DNA of 64,000 nt. It comes from Geminicoccaceae bacterium (GTDB taxonomy: Bacteria > Pseudomonadota > Alphaproteobacteria > Geminicoccales > Geminicoccaceae). Location: assembly GCA_041750975.1 (NCBI GenBank), contig JBGSYN010000104.1, positions 970 to 64,969 on the forward strand, in the 5' to 3' direction. Position 1 is the first letter of the stretch. Every line of letters starts with the position of its first letter. The notes under the pieces were generated by a model. The model ran no database searches. It saw nothing but the letters and a program-made list of their open reading frames with translations, and had not been told where the DNA came from. Below are positions 62,868 through 64,000 of the stretch, piece after piece. The position numbers were made by a program, and so were the translations under genes.

Positions 62868-63551
62868 GTGATCGCTATGCCTGCAGGATTTCGCCGCTTG
62901 CCGTTGGCCCTGGTCGTGGCGGGGTGCTTGGCAGTGCCGGTCTCCCCGCTCATGGCGCAGGAGACGGCACCCGCAGCCGGGGAAACAGGCGCCGAAGAGG
63001 CCTTGGAGCATGCCGCCGACGCCGGCCTGCATGCGGCCGAGGACGCCGAGCACGATGTCCTGCCGCAGCTCGACGCGCCGACTTTCCCGAGCCAGATCGT
63101 CTGGCTGATCATCAGCTTTCTGGTGCTGTACTGGCTGATGAAGTCGAAAGCTCTGCCGCGCGTCGCCGAAATCCTCGAGGCGCGGCAGGACCGGATCGCC
63201 AACGATCTGGACAAGGCCGCCATGTTCCGCCGCGACGCCGAAAAAGCGCTCGAGGACTATGAGGCCGCCGTCGCCCAGGCGCAGACCGAGGCCCAGGCGA
63301 AGAGCAAGGCGTTGCACGAGCAGATGGCGGCCGAGCACGCCAAGCAGGAGCAGAAGCTCGACAAAAAGCTCGCCACCCGGATCGACAAGGCCGGGGCCGA
63401 GATCGCCAAGGCCCGCGAGGAGGCGCTCAAGGAGATCAACCAGGTCGCCCTCGAATCGGCCGTGCTCGCGACCCGGAAGCTCACCGGCATCGAGGTCACG
63501 GAGCACGAGGCGAAGGATGCCCTCGACCGCGTATTGCAAGAGGCCGCCTGA
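62868..63551 (+). CDS. F0F1 ATP synthase subunit b-prime
   Basis: TM helix FPSQIVWLIISFLVLYWLM, followed by a long charged helix (ILEARQDRIANDLDKAAMFRRDAEKAL). It sits between atpE and atpF, as in other alphaproteobacteria. An ATG at 62877 is an alternative start. Confidence 0.8.
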   Translation: MIAMPAGFRRLPLALVVAGCLAVPVSPLMAQETAPAAGETGAEEALEHAADAGLHAAEDAEHDVLPQLDAPTFPSQIVWLIISFLVLYWLMKSKALPRVAEILEARQDRIANDLDKAAMFRRDAEKALEDYEAAVAQAQTEAQAKSKALHEQMAAEHAKQEQKLDKKLATRIDKAGAEIAKAREEALKEINQVALESAVLATRKLTGIEVTEHEAKDALDRVLQEAA

Positions 63552-64000
63552 TGCTCGAATTTTTCCTGCTCGTCGCTCTGGTTCTGTTCTTCGCACTGAT
63601 CTGGTGGAAGTTTCGGGGCAGTATCTTTGGTGCCTTGGACGGGCGCGCCGTCAAGATCCGCCAAGAGCTGGACGAGGCGCAAAAGCTGCACGAAGAGGCC
63701 AAGAGAATGCTCGCCAAATATCAGCGCCAGCTGCATGAGGGCGAACAGCGCGCCGTCGATATCCGGGCCCACGCCGAAGCCGAGCGCGAGCGCCTCGAAG
63801 TCACGATGCGCAGGGATTTCGAGGAGATGGTCGAGCGCCGTACGCAGCAGGCCAATGACCGCATCGCCCGCGAGGAAGCCAAGGCCGTGCAGGAGATCCG
63901 GGCCCGCTCGGCGCATCTGGCCGTACAAACCACACGCCTCCTGATCACCGACAAAATGACCGGCGATCACGCGCAAGAGGCCGCCAATCAGGCGATCGAC
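63551..64000 (+). CDS. atpF: F0F1 ATP synthase subunit b (5' part; continues beyond the window)
   Basis: Not in the track because it has no stop within the window. My translation from ATG 63551 (ATGA overlap with the b-prime stop) gives MLEFFLLVALVLFFALIWWKF...LDGRAVKIRQELDEAQKLHEEAKRML..., open to position 64000. Confidence 0.8.
   Translation, partial: MLEFFLLVALVLFFALIWWKFRGSIFGALDGRAVKIRQELDEAQKLHEEAKRMLAKYQRQLHEGEQRAVDIRAHAEAERERLEVTMRRDFEEMVERRTQQANDRIAREEAKAVQEIRARSAHLAVQTTRLLITDKMTGDHAQEAANQAID

Overview
This is a high-GC chromosomal segment (GC judged by eye, not computed). It has alphaproteobacterial hallmarks: a split F0 operon atpI-atpB-atpE-b'-b, a soluble NDUFS4-like protein, DUF721/DciA next to mutY, and divergent lpoA-like/rsmI-yraN. 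I can support about 55 protein genes, one tRNA-Arg(TCT), two disrupted genes and a few regulatory elements. Most genes are housekeeping: parE, smc, mutY, rsmI, pstSCAB, methylmalonyl-CoA mutase with meaB, msrP, a glgX 5' end and a DEAD-box helicase. The rest are several SDRs and alpha/beta hydrolases, a PadR-MFP-RND efflux operon, a heterodimeric ABC exporter, two class III nucleotide cyclases, a REC-GGDEF-EAL protein and a Phd/VapC toxin-antitoxin pair. I saw no rRNA, CRISPR array, IS element, integrase or recognisable phage or defence gene. The many long ORFs antisense to real genes are high-GC artefacts. I did not find a clear-cut new multi-gene system. The most unusual items are: (1) a methylmalonyl-CoA mutase carrying an in-frame remnant of the MutA-like small subunit; (2) an 825-aa extended-SDR protein fused to SPW-repeat and polytopic membrane domains, sitting behind a YciA-type thioesterase; (3) a second pstS plus a degenerate Fic-fold protein where phoU/phoB normally follow pstB; (4) an SMC about 200 aa longer than usual, with both coiled-coil arms extended; (5) a small orphan locus next to tRNA-Arg holding a frameshifted cyclase, a well-promoted 90-aa ORF and a disordered 233-aa protein. 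All family assignments come from motif recognition in the translations, not from database searches.
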